Of a stretch of DNA of 46,399 bases, positions 15,824 through 25,178 are shown piece after piece. This DNA is from a virus. Lineage: Duplodnaviria > Caudoviricetes. Both the position numbers and the translations under genes were made by a program. The number at the start of each line of letters is the position of its first letter. Positions within the stretch are counted from its first letter, which is position 1. The stretch is from positions 1-46,399 of the IMG/VR virus record IMGVR_UViG_3300027265_000053; one strand, given 5' to 3'. Under the pieces are notes generated by a model. That model was not told the DNA's origin and did no database searches. It worked only from the letters and a program-made list of their open reading frames with translations.

Positions 15824-17215
15824 ATGAATGCGATGGATTATCAGTTGATGGGCGCGGCGGTTCCGCCGCAATCTATAGCTGCTGAGCAAGGTGTGATTGG
15901 TGGATTGATTATTGATCCTGGCGCTTGGGTTAAGGTTCAGGGCGTGTTGTCGGCTGGTGATTTTTACCGGCAGGATCATCAGATTATTTTTAAGGCGATT
16001 GCTAAGCTGCACGGCGCTGGTGATCCGGTCGATATTATTACGTTGTATGAGTTGTTAAAAAGCCGGGGCCACGAAGAAAAGGTGGGCGGCTTAAGTTATT
16101 TGGGGATGATGGCAAAGGATACGCCCAGCTCGGCGAATATTTCGGCTTATGCCCAGATTGTGAGGGATAAGTCGATTTTGCGGCAGTTGATTGCGGTGGC
16201 GGGATCGATTAGGGAGATGGCGTTTGCACCGGATGCGGATGCTAAGACGGTGATTGCCAAGGCGGAGACGGCGGTGTTTGAGGTGGCGCAAGTCGGTCTG
16301 CGTGGCAAAAAGGGTTTTAGCAAGCTTAAGGATGTGATACGCGAGGTGGTGGACAGGATTGAATCCAATTTAGAGCGGCCGGCTGATGGTGTGCTGGGTG
16401 TGTCGAGCGGGTTTAAGCCGTTAGATGATTTGACCAGCGGTTTTAATGGCGGTGATTTGATTGTGGTGGCGGCGCGGCCGTCGATGGGTAAGACGGCTTT
16501 TGCTATGAATATGGCGGAGTCTGTGGCGCTGTCGGGCGGTAGTGTGGCGGTATTTAGCATGGAGATGCAGACGGAGCAGTTGGGGCAGCGGTTGTTGTCG
16601 AGTGCTTCGGGTTTGGGGCTTAAGTTGATCCGGGAAAGTTGGCGGATTTTTGATAGTCATTGGCCGCTGTTGTCGATGGGGGTTGCTAAGATCGGCGATT
16701 TACCGATGTATATCGATGATTCGCCTGGGTTGTCGATTGGCGATATTCGAGCGCGCTGTATGCGGCTTAATGCTGAGATTAAGGATGATGTGCCGGCTGG
16801 AATTGGTTTGGTTGTGATCGATTATTTACAGTTGATGGGGTCGGATCATGATCGGCAAGGCAACCGAAATAATGAGATTGAGGATATTACGCGTGGGCTT
16901 AAGCGGATGGCTAAGGAGTTTGATATTCCTGTGGTGGTTTTGTCACAGCTTAATCGGGGTTTGGAGAGCAGGCCAAATAAGCGGCCTATTCCGTCTGATT
17001 TGCGTGATTCCGGCGGTATTGAGCAGGATGCTGACATGATTTTGTTTTTGTACCGGGATGAGGTTTATAGCCCGGATACGGTTGATAAGGGGGTTGCTGA
17101 GGTGATTATCGGCAAGCAGCGTAACGGGCCGTTGGGTACGGTACGGTTGTTGTTTGATGGGGCTATTACGCGGTTCCGTGCTTTTGAGGAGTGTGATGAT
17201 GGAAGTTACCGTTGA
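15824..17215 (+). CDS. dnaB: Replicative DNA helicase
   Basis: PPQSIAAEQ, AARPSMGKTAF, FSMEM, VIDYLQLM, LSQLNR, DLRDSGGIEQDAD, KQRNGPLG. Confidence 0.97.
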   Translation: MNAMDYQLMGAAVPPQSIAAEQGVIGGLIIDPGAWVKVQGVLSAGDFYRQDHQIIFKAIAKLHGAGDPVDIITLYELLKSRGHEEKVGGLSYLGMMAKDTPSSANISAYAQIVRDKSILRQLIAVAGSIREMAFAPDADAKTVIAKAETAVFEVAQVGLRGKKGFSKLKDVIREVVDRIESNLERPADGVLGVSSGFKPLDDLTSGFNGGDLIVVAARPSMGKTAFAMNMAESVALSGGSVAVFSMEMQTEQLGQRLLSSASGLGLKLIRESWRIFDSHWPLLSMGVAKIGDLPMYIDDSPGLSIGDIRARCMRLNAEIKDDVPAGIGLVVIDYLQLMGSDHDRQGNRNNEIEDITRGLKRMAKEFDIPVVVLSQLNRGLESRPNKRPIPSDLRDSGGIEQDADMILFLYRDEVYSPDTVDKGVAEVIIGKQRNGPLGTVRLLFDGAITRFRAFEECDDGSYR

Positions 17216-18180
17216 TATTGTGGGCTTTGGGTATGTTGCTGGTATTTGATGATGAGCTTGACATTCTGCGCGATATGCAGCCGTTGGACCGGGATGTGTT
17301 CAATTATTTGGCGGCGCGTGTTGATTTTGTGACGGGCTTGATTGGTAATCCGATGCGTGTTTCTTACGGCGGTATGGCGTTGGATTTGTCTGAGCGTGAT
17401 CAGGCGAGACGGGTTAAGGGTGATTTGTTAAAGCTTACGCCGACGCAGGCCAGGAATTCAGTCAAGCGTCTGATTACGGCGGGTTTGTTGTGTAGTTTGA
17501 GCAAAAAAGGGGCTCATTGTGAGCTGGTTTTGCGCCGTGTTTTTTGGGTTAAGGCGCTTGAGCAGTCGAGTTCTGTTAAAAATCCAGATGACAGGCTTTT
17601 GACATTTGGGCTGACATTAGCGGCGAATGTTTTTGGTTTAATAAACAATAGTTTAGACGATAAAAATCAATCCAGTTACCATAACAAAATCAATCCAGAT
17701 GACATAACATTAAATAATCTACTACTACTAGGCGGTGATGACCGGTTTGCGATGTTTTTGGAGTGGCAGCCGTCTGAGGATGAGTTGTCGATGATCTTTC
17801 ATCGGGCCGGGGTTGATCGTAAAAAAATTAAGAAAGAGTGGGAGACTGAGTTTGTGTCGTACTGGTGGGCGGATCAGAAGCGCTGTTGTACGCAGCAAAA
17901 ATGGACGCAGATGTATGGCAAGCAGATGGTGGGGTTTTTGCGTAATCCTGAGCGGGCGGATGCGTTGTGCGGTGTTGGCGGCAGCAAGCCTAAGTTGGCT
18001 GGTCCTGAGCATTATCCGGATTATGCGCGTATTCCGCGCGATGATGCGCAGTTGGTGCCGTGGATGCGTCTGTACGGCTACGGTGATCCGTTGCCTGGAC
18101 ATGATTACCGGCAGGCCCGTGCGTATTTGCAGCGGGCTGTGGATAAGCGGTTGAGTGATGAGCGTGGGAGGTTGTCGTGA
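17212..18180 (+). CDS. Replication initiator with DnaT-like C-terminal region
   Basis: N-terminal HTH-like region, FAMFLEWQPS...EFVSYW...WTQ, internal direct repeats. Confidence 0.7.
   Translation: MILWALGMLLVFDDELDILRDMQPLDRDVFNYLAARVDFVTGLIGNPMRVSYGGMALDLSERDQARRVKGDLLKLTPTQARNSVKRLITAGLLCSLSKKGAHCELVLRRVFWVKALEQSSSVKNPDDRLLTFGLTLAANVFGLINNSLDDKNQSSYHNKINPDDITLNNLLLLGGDDRFAMFLEWQPSEDELSMIFHRAGVDRKKIKKEWETEFVSYWWADQKRCCTQQKWTQMYGKQMVGFLRNPERADALCGVGGSKPKLAGPEHYPDYARIPRDDAQLVPWMRLYGYGDPLPGHDYRQARAYLQRAVDKRLSDERGRLS
17578..17730 (+). repeat. Putative replication origin iterons
   Basis: AAAATCAATCCAG(TTAC/ATGA)CATAAC tandem at 17663-17708, AATCCAGATGACA at 17581, AT-rich context inside the initiator gene. 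Confidence 0.6.
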
Positions 18181-18566
18181 GTGCGTCGGCTATTTGTGAG
18201 ATTTCGCGGTCGAAGCGCCGCTACTATGATCAGGATGCGCTGCTGGGTGCGTTTGTTGGTCATGGAGGGTTTACGGCTAAGGAGGTGGCTGTGGAGGTGT
18301 TGGATTGGCGTTATGAGCAGTATGCCAATTCGCCTAAGCGGGCGTTTGATCTGCAAAAGTTGGGATATTTGGAGCAGTTGGAGGGGAGGGAGTGTCGGCA
18401 GACTGGCAAGGTTGCTCATACGTATCAGGTGACGGATAAGGGGCGTGAGCATTTGCGTAAGGCTGGGGTTGCTGTGCGGGCGGCTGTGCCGGTTGTTGAT
18501 GAGGTTGTTGTGAGCGCTGATGCTGCTAGGGCGTGCTTAGGCGGTATCAGGTCGTTGTTGGATTGA
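18177..18566 (+). CDS. Winged-helix-like protein
   Basis: FTAKEVA...KRAFDLQKLGYL...RECRQTGK..YQVT. Confidence 0.65.
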   Translation: MSASAICEISRSKRRYYDQDALLGAFVGHGGFTAKEVAVEVLDWRYEQYANSPKRAFDLQKLGYLEQLEGRECRQTGKVAHTYQVTDKGREHLRKAGVAVRAAVPVVDEVVVSADAARACLGGIRSLLD

Positions 18567-18588
18567 TGGGTTTTATTGAGGGGTTGGT

Positions 18589-19002
18589 ATGTGTAGGGTG
18601 ACTGAGACGGGCGATCAATGTTTACGTGCGTGGGGGCGCTGGGCTGGGTGCGATGGGACTGTGCGGAAATTGGGCTATCCTGGGTGTAGTGCTGAGCAAA
18701 TGGCTGGCCGGGTGGTAGGTGGGGATTATGCGGTATGTGATGTTGAGATGATGGTCGATAGGCTGATTGTGGGTGCATTGGAGGACCGGAAAAGATTGGT
18801 TGCTAAATTTTTTTATGTGGATCGATTGAGGGTTGCTGATGTTGTTGATAGTCTTAAATCTATTGCAAAAAGTAGTTGCGAATCAATGGATTTAGGTAGT
18901 ATTTCGGTCGATGTTGTTAAGCGGGATTTGGATGTTTTACGGGCAATGGTGGGCGGTGTTGCGTTGTACACTGATAAAAAAGTTGTTGACGTAGGGCCCT
19001 AG
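18589..19002 (+). CDS. Q-like late antiterminator
   Basis: LRAWGRW...LGYP motif; directly upstream of promoter, terminator and holin. Confidence 0.65.
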   Translation: MCRVTETGDQCLRAWGRWAGCDGTVRKLGYPGCSAEQMAGRVVGGDYAVCDVEMMVDRLIVGALEDRKRLVAKFFYVDRLRVADVVDSLKSIAKSSCESMDLGSISVDVVKRDLDVLRAMVGGVALYTDKKVVDVGP

Positions 19003-19015
19003 CAAGTTGTAAATT
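18986..19015 (+). promoter_or_regulatory. Late promoter pR'
   Basis: TTGACG-18-TAAATT at the end of the Q-like gene. Confidence 0.55.
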
Positions 19016-19030
19016 TAGTCACCATCTAGA

Positions 19031-19119
19031 AGCTCGCCTGGATTTATTCAGCGGGCTTTTTTTATGTCTATTACTTTCTTTGGCCTGCTCTGGCTTTCGT
19101 CCGGTGCGGGTTTTTTTGT
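19031..19119 (+). terminator. Tandem terminators tR'
   Basis: GCTCGC..GCGGGC-T7 (19032-19063) and CCTGC..GCGGG-T7 (19084-19117). Confidence 0.7.
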
Positions 19120-19141
19120 GCCCAATACACGGAGTTTGTTT

Positions 19142-19495
19142 ATGCCAGAGCAGTCGGTTGGGTATTTAAAATCGATCCTGGATAGCGGCACTTGTTATGT
19201 GTTGTTTGTGTTGATGTCTGTTTGGGGCGGCACTGCGGCTTATATCAGTCGGCTTAAACGGTCAGGGCGGATTTTTTCTTTGGTCGAGTTGATTGGCGAG
19301 TGGTCGATTAGTGGTTTCTCCGGCATTGTTACTGGGTTTATCTGTCATGCCTATGGCGTCGATTATTATATTACGTTGGCGGCGGTCGGCATTAGTGGGC
19401 ATATGGGTGGTCGGCTTATTTTTATAGTTGAGCGTTTTGGACAGCGGTATGTTGAGTCTAAGCTGGGTATTAAGCTAGGCTCGATTGATGAGTAG
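19142..19495 (+). CDS. Holin (LydA-like, 3 TM)
   Basis: VWGGTAAYISRLK...FSLVELIGEWSISGFSG...AAVGISGHMG. Confidence 0.85.
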   Translation: MPEQSVGYLKSILDSGTCYVLFVLMSVWGGTAAYISRLKRSGRIFSLVELIGEWSISGFSGIVTGFICHAYGVDYYITLAAVGISGHMGGRLIFIVERFGQRYVESKLGIKLGSIDE

Positions 19496-19826
19496 GTATG
19501 ATGATGAGCGTGGTACGTCGGCATGGCGTGGGTATGGGTACAAGTGGCAAAAGGCGCGCGAAGGGCATTTGAGAAATAATCCGTTGTGTGATGAGCACAA
19601 GCGGAGAGGGCAGGTTGTTGTTGCGTCGGTGGTTGATCATATCGTTCCGCATAAGGGTGATATGACGTTGTTTTGGGATAGAGATAACTGGCAGTCGCTG
19701 TGCAAGTCCTGCCATGATGGTTTTAAGCAGCGGCTGGAGAAGTCTGGTCGTGTCGCTGGCTGTGATGTTAATGGGGTGCCGGTTGATCCGCATCACCACT
19801 GGCGCCGTAAGGGGGTAGGGGGGTGA
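19488..19826 (+). CDS. Terminase-associated HNH endonuclease
   Basis: RGYGYKWQKAR, VVDHIVPHKGD..LFWD..NWQSLCKSCH. Confidence 0.93.
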   Translation: MSRYDDERGTSAWRGYGYKWQKAREGHLRNNPLCDEHKRRGQVVVASVVDHIVPHKGDMTLFWDRDNWQSLCKSCHDGFKQRLEKSGRVAGCDVNGVPVDPHHHWRRKGVGG

Positions 19827-19900
19827 AATCCTTCCCCCCCTCAACGCCTAGACCGATCACGATTAGATATTTGCAGCGCCGCGAGTTTTGGGAGGGGGGT
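19810..19900 (+). other. Putative cos region (cosN near CGCCGCGAG, 19877-19885)
   Basis: G-run-flanked gap between HNH and terS, as in HK97-like 3'-cos phages. Confidence 0.5.
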
Positions 19901-19931
19901 ATATATTACGCCGATTGAAATGGGGTGAAAA

Positions 19932-20435
19932 ATGGGTGAAAGAGGTCCAAGATCAATGCCGGATAATGTCCGGATATTAACGGGTAATCGCGGCAAGCGT
20001 GCAGTTAATAATAGGTCCGGAGTTTTGTCACCGGATATTGAAATCCCCGATTGCCCGTCGCATCTTTTGCCCGCCGCAAAAAAAGAATGGAAGCGCGTAT
20101 CGGTCGAGCTGCTTAAAATCCGAATCATCACCCAACTTGATCGGGCCGCATTGGCTGCATATTGCCAGGCCTATGCCAGATGGGTCGACGCCGAAACAAA
20201 ACTAAAACAACTCGGCACAGACGGACTAATCGAAGCCACTCCCAGTGGTTATAAGCAGATCGGCGTTTGGTTGCAAATCAGTAACCGCGCCGTCGAGCAA
20301 ATGCACAAATTTATGTCAGAATTCGGCATGACGCCTGCGACTCGCGCAAAAGCCGAAGCCGCTCAGGTGCCGGAACAACACGACTTATTTCCGGATGACA
20401 AGCCAAGCCCAAAACGATTCTTCGGCAGCAACTAA
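19932..20435 (+). CDS. terS: Terminase small subunit (P27 family)
   Basis: GNRGKR, AKKEWKRV, DRAALAAYCQAYARW, EFGMTPATR. Confidence 0.93.
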   Translation: MGERGPRSMPDNVRILTGNRGKRAVNNRSGVLSPDIEIPDCPSHLLPAAKKEWKRVSVELLKIRIITQLDRAALAAYCQAYARWVDAETKLKQLGTDGLIEATPSGYKQIGVWLQISNRAVEQMHKFMSEFGMTPATRAKAEAAQVPEQHDLFPDDKPSPKRFFGSN

Positions 20436-22173
20436 TGACCCGGTTACCCAGTACGCACTCGACGTAACCTCTGGCCTAATAATCGCCGGGCCTCACGTTC
20501 GAGCCGCCTGCCGCCGACACCTAAAAGACCTCGAAGAAGCCCCGCAAAGGGGCTTTTTTTTCGACCGTGAAAAAGTAGAATGGGTCCTCGCATTTTTCCG
20601 CGAAGTCCTTTGCCTCAACGGCGGCGAATTTGAAGGCGTCCCATACGAACCGTTGCCCTGGCAACAATTTATCATCGGTAGCCTATTTGGCTGGGTTAAC
20701 GAAAAAGGCTACCGCCGTTTTCGCGTTGCCTTCGTAGAAACCAGCAAAGGCAGCGGCAAAAGCCCATTGGCAGCAGGCATCGGCATGTACGGACTCGTCG
20801 CCGACGAAGAGCCGCGTGCAGAAATCTACGCCGCCGCCAGCAAAAAAGATCAAGCCATGATCTTATTCCGCGACGCCGTCGCCATGCGCGACCTGTCGCC
20901 GGAACTGTCCATGCGCTTGGAAAGAAGCGGTGTCGGTGAGCGTTGTTGGAACCTGGCCCACCTTGAAACAGGATCGTTTTTCCGCCCGATCAGCGCCGAC
21001 GACGGCCAATCGGGGCCGCGTCCACATATCGCGCTCCTGGATGAAATCCACGAGCACAAAGACAACAACGTCGTCGAAATGATGCGGGCCGGCACCAAAG
21101 GCCGCCGCCAAGCGCTGATATTTATGATCACCAACAGCGGCCACGACAGGCAAACCGTATGCTGGGAATACCACGACTACGCCATCAAAGTCGCCGAAGG
21201 TCAAATAGAGGACGACAGCTTCTTTAGTTACGTCTGCGCCCTGGACGAAGGCGACGACCCGCTAAACGACGAAACATGTTGGCCGAAAACAAACCCGAGC
21301 CTTGGCGTCACCATCCAAATGGAATACCTGCGCGAACAAGTCACGCAGGCCAAAGGCATGCCCAGCAAAGAAAGCATCGTTCTACGCTTAAACTTCTCCA
21401 AGTGGGTCGGTTCCGCCAACCCCTGGATCAGCGCCGATGTCTGGTTTGCCGCGCAAGATCAATACGATGCCGGCTACTTAGCTGGACGTAGATGCCATGG
21501 CGGACTTGATCTATCAAGCACGACCGACTTAACCAGCCTTGTGCTGCTGTTTGAGCCTACCCCTGATGATCCCTACTGGCGACTATTACCGTATTTTTGG
21601 CTCCCTGAAGAAGGATTGCGCAAAAAAGGCGAGCGCGACGGCGTGGATTACCTGCGCTGGGTAGAAGACGGCTGGCTCGAAACAACACCGGGCCGATCCG
21701 TTAAAAAGACCTTTATCGCCAAGCGATTGCAAGAAATCGTCGATCAGTTTGAATTAGTCAACTTGGCATATGACCGCTGGCGCATCAAAGACCTGGAAGC
21801 AATCCTTGAAGACGAAGGCATCGAACTGCCGCTTAAAGAATACGGGCAAGGTTTTAAAGACATGGGGCCCGCAGTAGAAAAATTAGAAGCAAGGCTGCTG
21901 GAAAACTCGCCCGACAAAGATGAATCGCCAAGTGAATTTGACAATTCGCTTGGCGAGGCCGACTACCCGATGAAACACAACGGCAGTCCACCGCTAACCT
22001 GGTGCGCCGCCAACGTCGTGATGCTGGCCGATCCGTCCGGAGCTCGCAAACCCGCCAAAAATAAATCGACCGGCCGCATCGACGGCGTCGTTGCCGCTGT
22101 CATGGCGGCCGGTGTATCGGGCGAAGTTGGCGAATTTGTCATAGATGAAGACTACGAACTACTGGTTGCATAA
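20395..22173 (+). CDS. terL: Terminase large subunit
   Basis: PWQQFIIG, KGSGKS, LLDEIHEH, GGLDLSSTTDLT, RIDGVVA. Confidence 0.96.
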   Translation: MTSQAQNDSSAATNDPVTQYALDVTSGLIIAGPHVRAACRRHLKDLEEAPQRGFFFDREKVEWVLAFFREVLCLNGGEFEGVPYEPLPWQQFIIGSLFGWVNEKGYRRFRVAFVETSKGSGKSPLAAGIGMYGLVADEEPRAEIYAAASKKDQAMILFRDAVAMRDLSPELSMRLERSGVGERCWNLAHLETGSFFRPISADDGQSGPRPHIALLDEIHEHKDNNVVEMMRAGTKGRRQALIFMITNSGHDRQTVCWEYHDYAIKVAEGQIEDDSFFSYVCALDEGDDPLNDETCWPKTNPSLGVTIQMEYLREQVTQAKGMPSKESIVLRLNFSKWVGSANPWISADVWFAAQDQYDAGYLAGRRCHGGLDLSSTTDLTSLVLLFEPTPDDPYWRLLPYFWLPEEGLRKKGERDGVDYLRWVEDGWLETTPGRSVKKTFIAKRLQEIVDQFELVNLAYDRWRIKDLEAILEDEGIELPLKEYGQGFKDMGPAVEKLEARLLENSPDKDESPSEFDNSLGEADYPMKHNGSPPLTWCAANVVMLADPSGARKPAKNKSTGRIDGVVAAVMAAGVSGEVGEFVIDEDYELLVA

Positions 22174-22174
22174 G

Positions 22175-22336
22175 ATGAGCAAAATAATATTCGACATCAC
22201 CAACCTGCTGGCACTGATCCTGATCAGCGTCGGCGTTGGTCACCGTTTCGGTTGGGACGCCGGCTTAATCGTCGGCGGCGGGTTGCTTATGGCAGTAAAT
22301 TTCCGGGTCGTCCACTTGATGACTAAGGGCCAATAA
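22175..22336 (+). CDS. Small 2TM protein between terL and portal
   Basis: 53 aa hydrophobic; position typical of SfV/P27-like phages. Confidence 0.7.
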   Translation: MSKIIFDITNLLALILISVGVGHRFGWDAGLIVGGGLLMAVNFRVVHLMTKGQ

Positions 22337-23580
22337 TGTTCGCAAGCCTCTTCAAGGCCGAAGACCGGAGCCCGTTTGGCAATTACTGGTTCGAACCGGT
22401 CGGTACGCGCAGCATGGCCGGAATGCAGGTCACGCCGGACAGCGCCATGCGCGTCTCGGCGGTTTATGCTTGCGTTCGCGAACTGTCGCAATCATTCGCC
22501 GTGCTGCCGGTCGAGTTTTACCGGCAACAAGGCCGCAAACGGGTCAAGGTCACCAATCACCCGCTGTACAAACTGCTGCGCAAGCGCCCAAACCGCTGGC
22601 AAAACGCCTACGAATGGCGGGAAATGCTGCAAGGCCACATCGCCCTGCGCGGCAACGCTTACAACTACGTCTCAGCCAACAGCCGAGGCGAAATCAAAGA
22701 GCTGATCCCGCTGCACCCTGATCGGGTGAAAATTGCCATCAAATCCGATGGTGATTACGGTTATGAGTACACAGAGCGGGGCGGACAGAAAACAACCTAC
22801 GCCCGCGAGGAAATTTGGCACATCAAAGGGCTTGCCCCTGATATTTATCGTGGTTATAACCCGATAGAACTGGCCCGCGACTCGGTGGGGACCGCGTTAG
22901 CCGCCCAAGAATACGGCGCCCGCTTCTTCGCCAACGACGCCAAGCCAACCGGCGGCTGGATCGAGCATCCGGGCAGCTTCAAAACGCCGGAAGCAAAAAA
23001 GCAATTCCGCGATTCTTGGCAGCAGATGCAGTCAGGATTCAATCGCGGCAAGACCGCCATCTTGGAAGGTGGCATGAAATACCACGACATCGGCATCAGT
23101 AACGTCGATGCCCAGTTTCTGGAAACCAAAAAATTCGGAATCGAGGATATTGCCCGTATGTTCGGCGTGCCACCGCACCGCATCGGCCACCTGGAGCGCT
23201 CGACCAACAACAACATCGAACATCAAGGACTGGAATACGTCACCTACACCATGATGCCCATCGCCGAGCGCTGGGAGGCCTCAATCGAGGCCGAGTTGTT
23301 GTTCGATGACGACGAAATTGAAATAGAATTCAATTTTTCCAGGCTGCTGCGAGGCGACAGCAAATCGCGTGGGTCTTATTACAAAGACGGCATCTTAACC
23401 GGTTGGATGACCCGCAACGAAGCCCGAGAAATGGAAAACCTTAACCCGATTGACGGCCTTGATGAGCCGTTGCGGCCGCTGAATATGATGCCGGAATCCG
23501 AAGCCGACGATGAGGACGGTGATGAGAAAAATGATGAAGGCGAAGAAACCAAAAAGGAAAGAGGTGAACAAGATGGGTAA
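22336..23580 (+). CDS. Portal protein, HK97 family
   Basis: SAVYACV, LRGNAY, LHPDRV, DAQFLET, IARMFGVPP, MTRNEAR. Confidence 0.96.
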   Translation: MFASLFKAEDRSPFGNYWFEPVGTRSMAGMQVTPDSAMRVSAVYACVRELSQSFAVLPVEFYRQQGRKRVKVTNHPLYKLLRKRPNRWQNAYEWREMLQGHIALRGNAYNYVSANSRGEIKELIPLHPDRVKIAIKSDGDYGYEYTERGGQKTTYAREEIWHIKGLAPDIYRGYNPIELARDSVGTALAAQEYGARFFANDAKPTGGWIEHPGSFKTPEAKKQFRDSWQQMQSGFNRGKTAILEGGMKYHDIGISNVDAQFLETKKFGIEDIARMFGVPPHRIGHLERSTNNNIEHQGLEYVTYTMMPIAERWEASIEAELLFDDDEIEIEFNFSRLLRGDSKSRGSYYKDGILTGWMTRNEAREMENLNPIDGLDEPLRPLNMMPESEADDEDGDEKNDEGEETKKERGEQDG

Positions 23581-23809
23581 TGGGATTTGTGGTGAATGCG
23601 GTGCAAAAGCAAGCGATGGTTTTACGTTGTATTGCGTGCCGTGCGCAGAACGATTTATAGGGCCATCGTCTATTTTACTTGATGCGTTGCAGCAAATTGC
23701 GACGGGGTGTATTACTGGCGGAGAAACAAATTATCAGGATACGGTTAGCGTTATGCGCAGTATTGCATCAAAAGCCATTATCCAATTTAACGAGTCCGAA
23801 AGACAATGA
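23573..23809 (+). CDS. Small CxxC...CxxC protein inserted in the head operon
   Basis: MGNGICGECG...YCVPC; overlaps portal stop and protease start; more AT-rich than flanks. Confidence 0.6.
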   Translation: MGNGICGECGAKASDGFTLYCVPCAERFIGPSSILLDALQQIATGCITGGETNYQDTVSVMRSIASKAIIQFNESERQ

Positions 23810-24768
23810 AAGGCCAACTCCTAATCTCCGAAATGCTCAGCGTCCCCTGGGCGATCCGTCGCGAAGTGCTGCAAAGCCATGCCCGAGTCGCAGCAAATTG
23901 GGTCAAACAAGGTCGGTCTAACCATGCCGAGCAAAACCTCGGTATGGTTGCTTGGGACAAAGATGACGCCACCGACGGCGAGCGTATCAGCGTCTTCGAA
24001 GCCCGCCGCCGCGAAGCCAATGCCGCCATATCCGGCAATTACGTCGCCATCATCCCGGTATTTGGTACCATCGTCCAACGTGCCGGCATGATGACCGAGT
24101 GGTGCGGCGGCACATCAACCCAGCAAATCAGCGGCGCACTCAACGACGCCATCAACGACCCGAATGTCTCCGAAGTCATCCTGGATATTGACTCGCCAGG
24201 CGGTTCGGTTTTCGGCGTGCAGGAGCTGGCCGACGAAATCTACGCGGCCCGCGAACAAATCAAGATTACCGCCATCGCCAACAGCCTGGCAGCGTCTGCC
24301 GCTTACTGGATCGGTGCGCAGGCCTCAGAATTTTACGTCACGCCCGGCGGCGAAGTCGGCTCCATCGGCGTGTGGATGGCGCATGAAGACTGGTCGGCCG
24401 CTATGGCCGAATCCGGCGTCGTCGTCACCACCATCAGCGCCGGCCAATACAAAACAGAGGGCAATCCTTATGAGCCGCTGCCTGATGATGCTAAGGCTTT
24501 TATGCAATCTCGCGTTGATGACTACTATCGAGCGTTTACCGGGGCAGTTGCACAAGGAAGGGGCGTATCCATCAACAAAGTCACCTCTGGAATGGGGCAG
24601 GGCCGGGTTTTGGGTGCGGAAGCGGCCAAAGCGGAAAATATGGTAGACGGCATTATGACCATGTCAGACCTGATCCGTCAGCGTCAAGTCGGATCCACCA
24701 GCAAGCCAGGCACCAGCCGCTCGCGTTCGCGTCAGGCTAGCCGCGAACTGAATCTTATCGCTTATTAA
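23806..24768 (+). CDS. S49 (SppA-type) prohead protease
   Basis: LDIDSPGG, AASAAYWI, GSIGV, AGQYK. Confidence 0.93.
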   Translation: MKGQLLISEMLSVPWAIRREVLQSHARVAANWVKQGRSNHAEQNLGMVAWDKDDATDGERISVFEARRREANAAISGNYVAIIPVFGTIVQRAGMMTEWCGGTSTQQISGALNDAINDPNVSEVILDIDSPGGSVFGVQELADEIYAAREQIKITAIANSLAASAAYWIGAQASEFYVTPGGEVGSIGVWMAHEDWSAAMAESGVVVTTISAGQYKTEGNPYEPLPDDAKAFMQSRVDDYYRAFTGAVAQGRGVSINKVTSGMGQGRVLGAEAAKAENMVDGIMTMSDLIRQRQVGSTSKPGTSRSRSRQASRELNLIAY

Positions 24769-24781
24769 CCAAGAGGCAAGT

Positions 24782-25069
24782 ATGAAAATCATCATCACAA
24801 ACGCATCCGACGTGCCGGCAATTGTCGAGCACGGCACCAAGGCCCCCATTCTTTTGCAGCCGCATAGCGACGAAGAGCTGACCATTGACCTGGTTAGTCC
24901 TGTCATTGTTCGTGCGCCTGAAAATATCGCGGAAATTAAAGCGCAAGTCAAAGCAGAAGCAGAAGCCGCAGCAGAAGCGCAAGCCGCAGCCGAAGCGCAA
25001 GCCGCAGCAGAAGCCGAAGAAAAAGCCGATACCAAAGACAAATCCGGAAAAAAACCGGCTAATGAGTAG
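24782..25069 (+). CDS. Small protein with AEAQAA repeats
   Basis: GAGG RBS; Ala/Glu-rich low-complexity C-terminus. Confidence 0.65.
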   Translation: MKIIITNASDVPAIVEHGTKAPILLQPHSDEELTIDLVSPVIVRAPENIAEIKAQVKAEAEAAAEAQAAAEAQAAAEAEEKADTKDKSGKKPANE

Positions 25070-25104
25070 TAACCTCCTATCGCCGCCAGTCGGCACCCAC
25101 AAAC

Positions 25105-25127
25105 GGCCCGCGAAAGCGGGTTTTTTT
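25105..25127 (+). terminator. Rho-independent terminator upstream of the capsid gene
   Basis: GGCCCGC-GAAA-GCGGG-T7. Confidence 0.75.
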
Positions 25128-25178
25128 ATGCCCGCCGCCGTGCGGATCAAACGCCAGTCGCCTGGCACGGAGTTAAAA

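Noticed and set aside
24885-25178. 5' extension of the 594-aa capsid ORF
   Set aside because: Overlaps the 95-aa gene and a terminator; the RBS supports a start at 25179.
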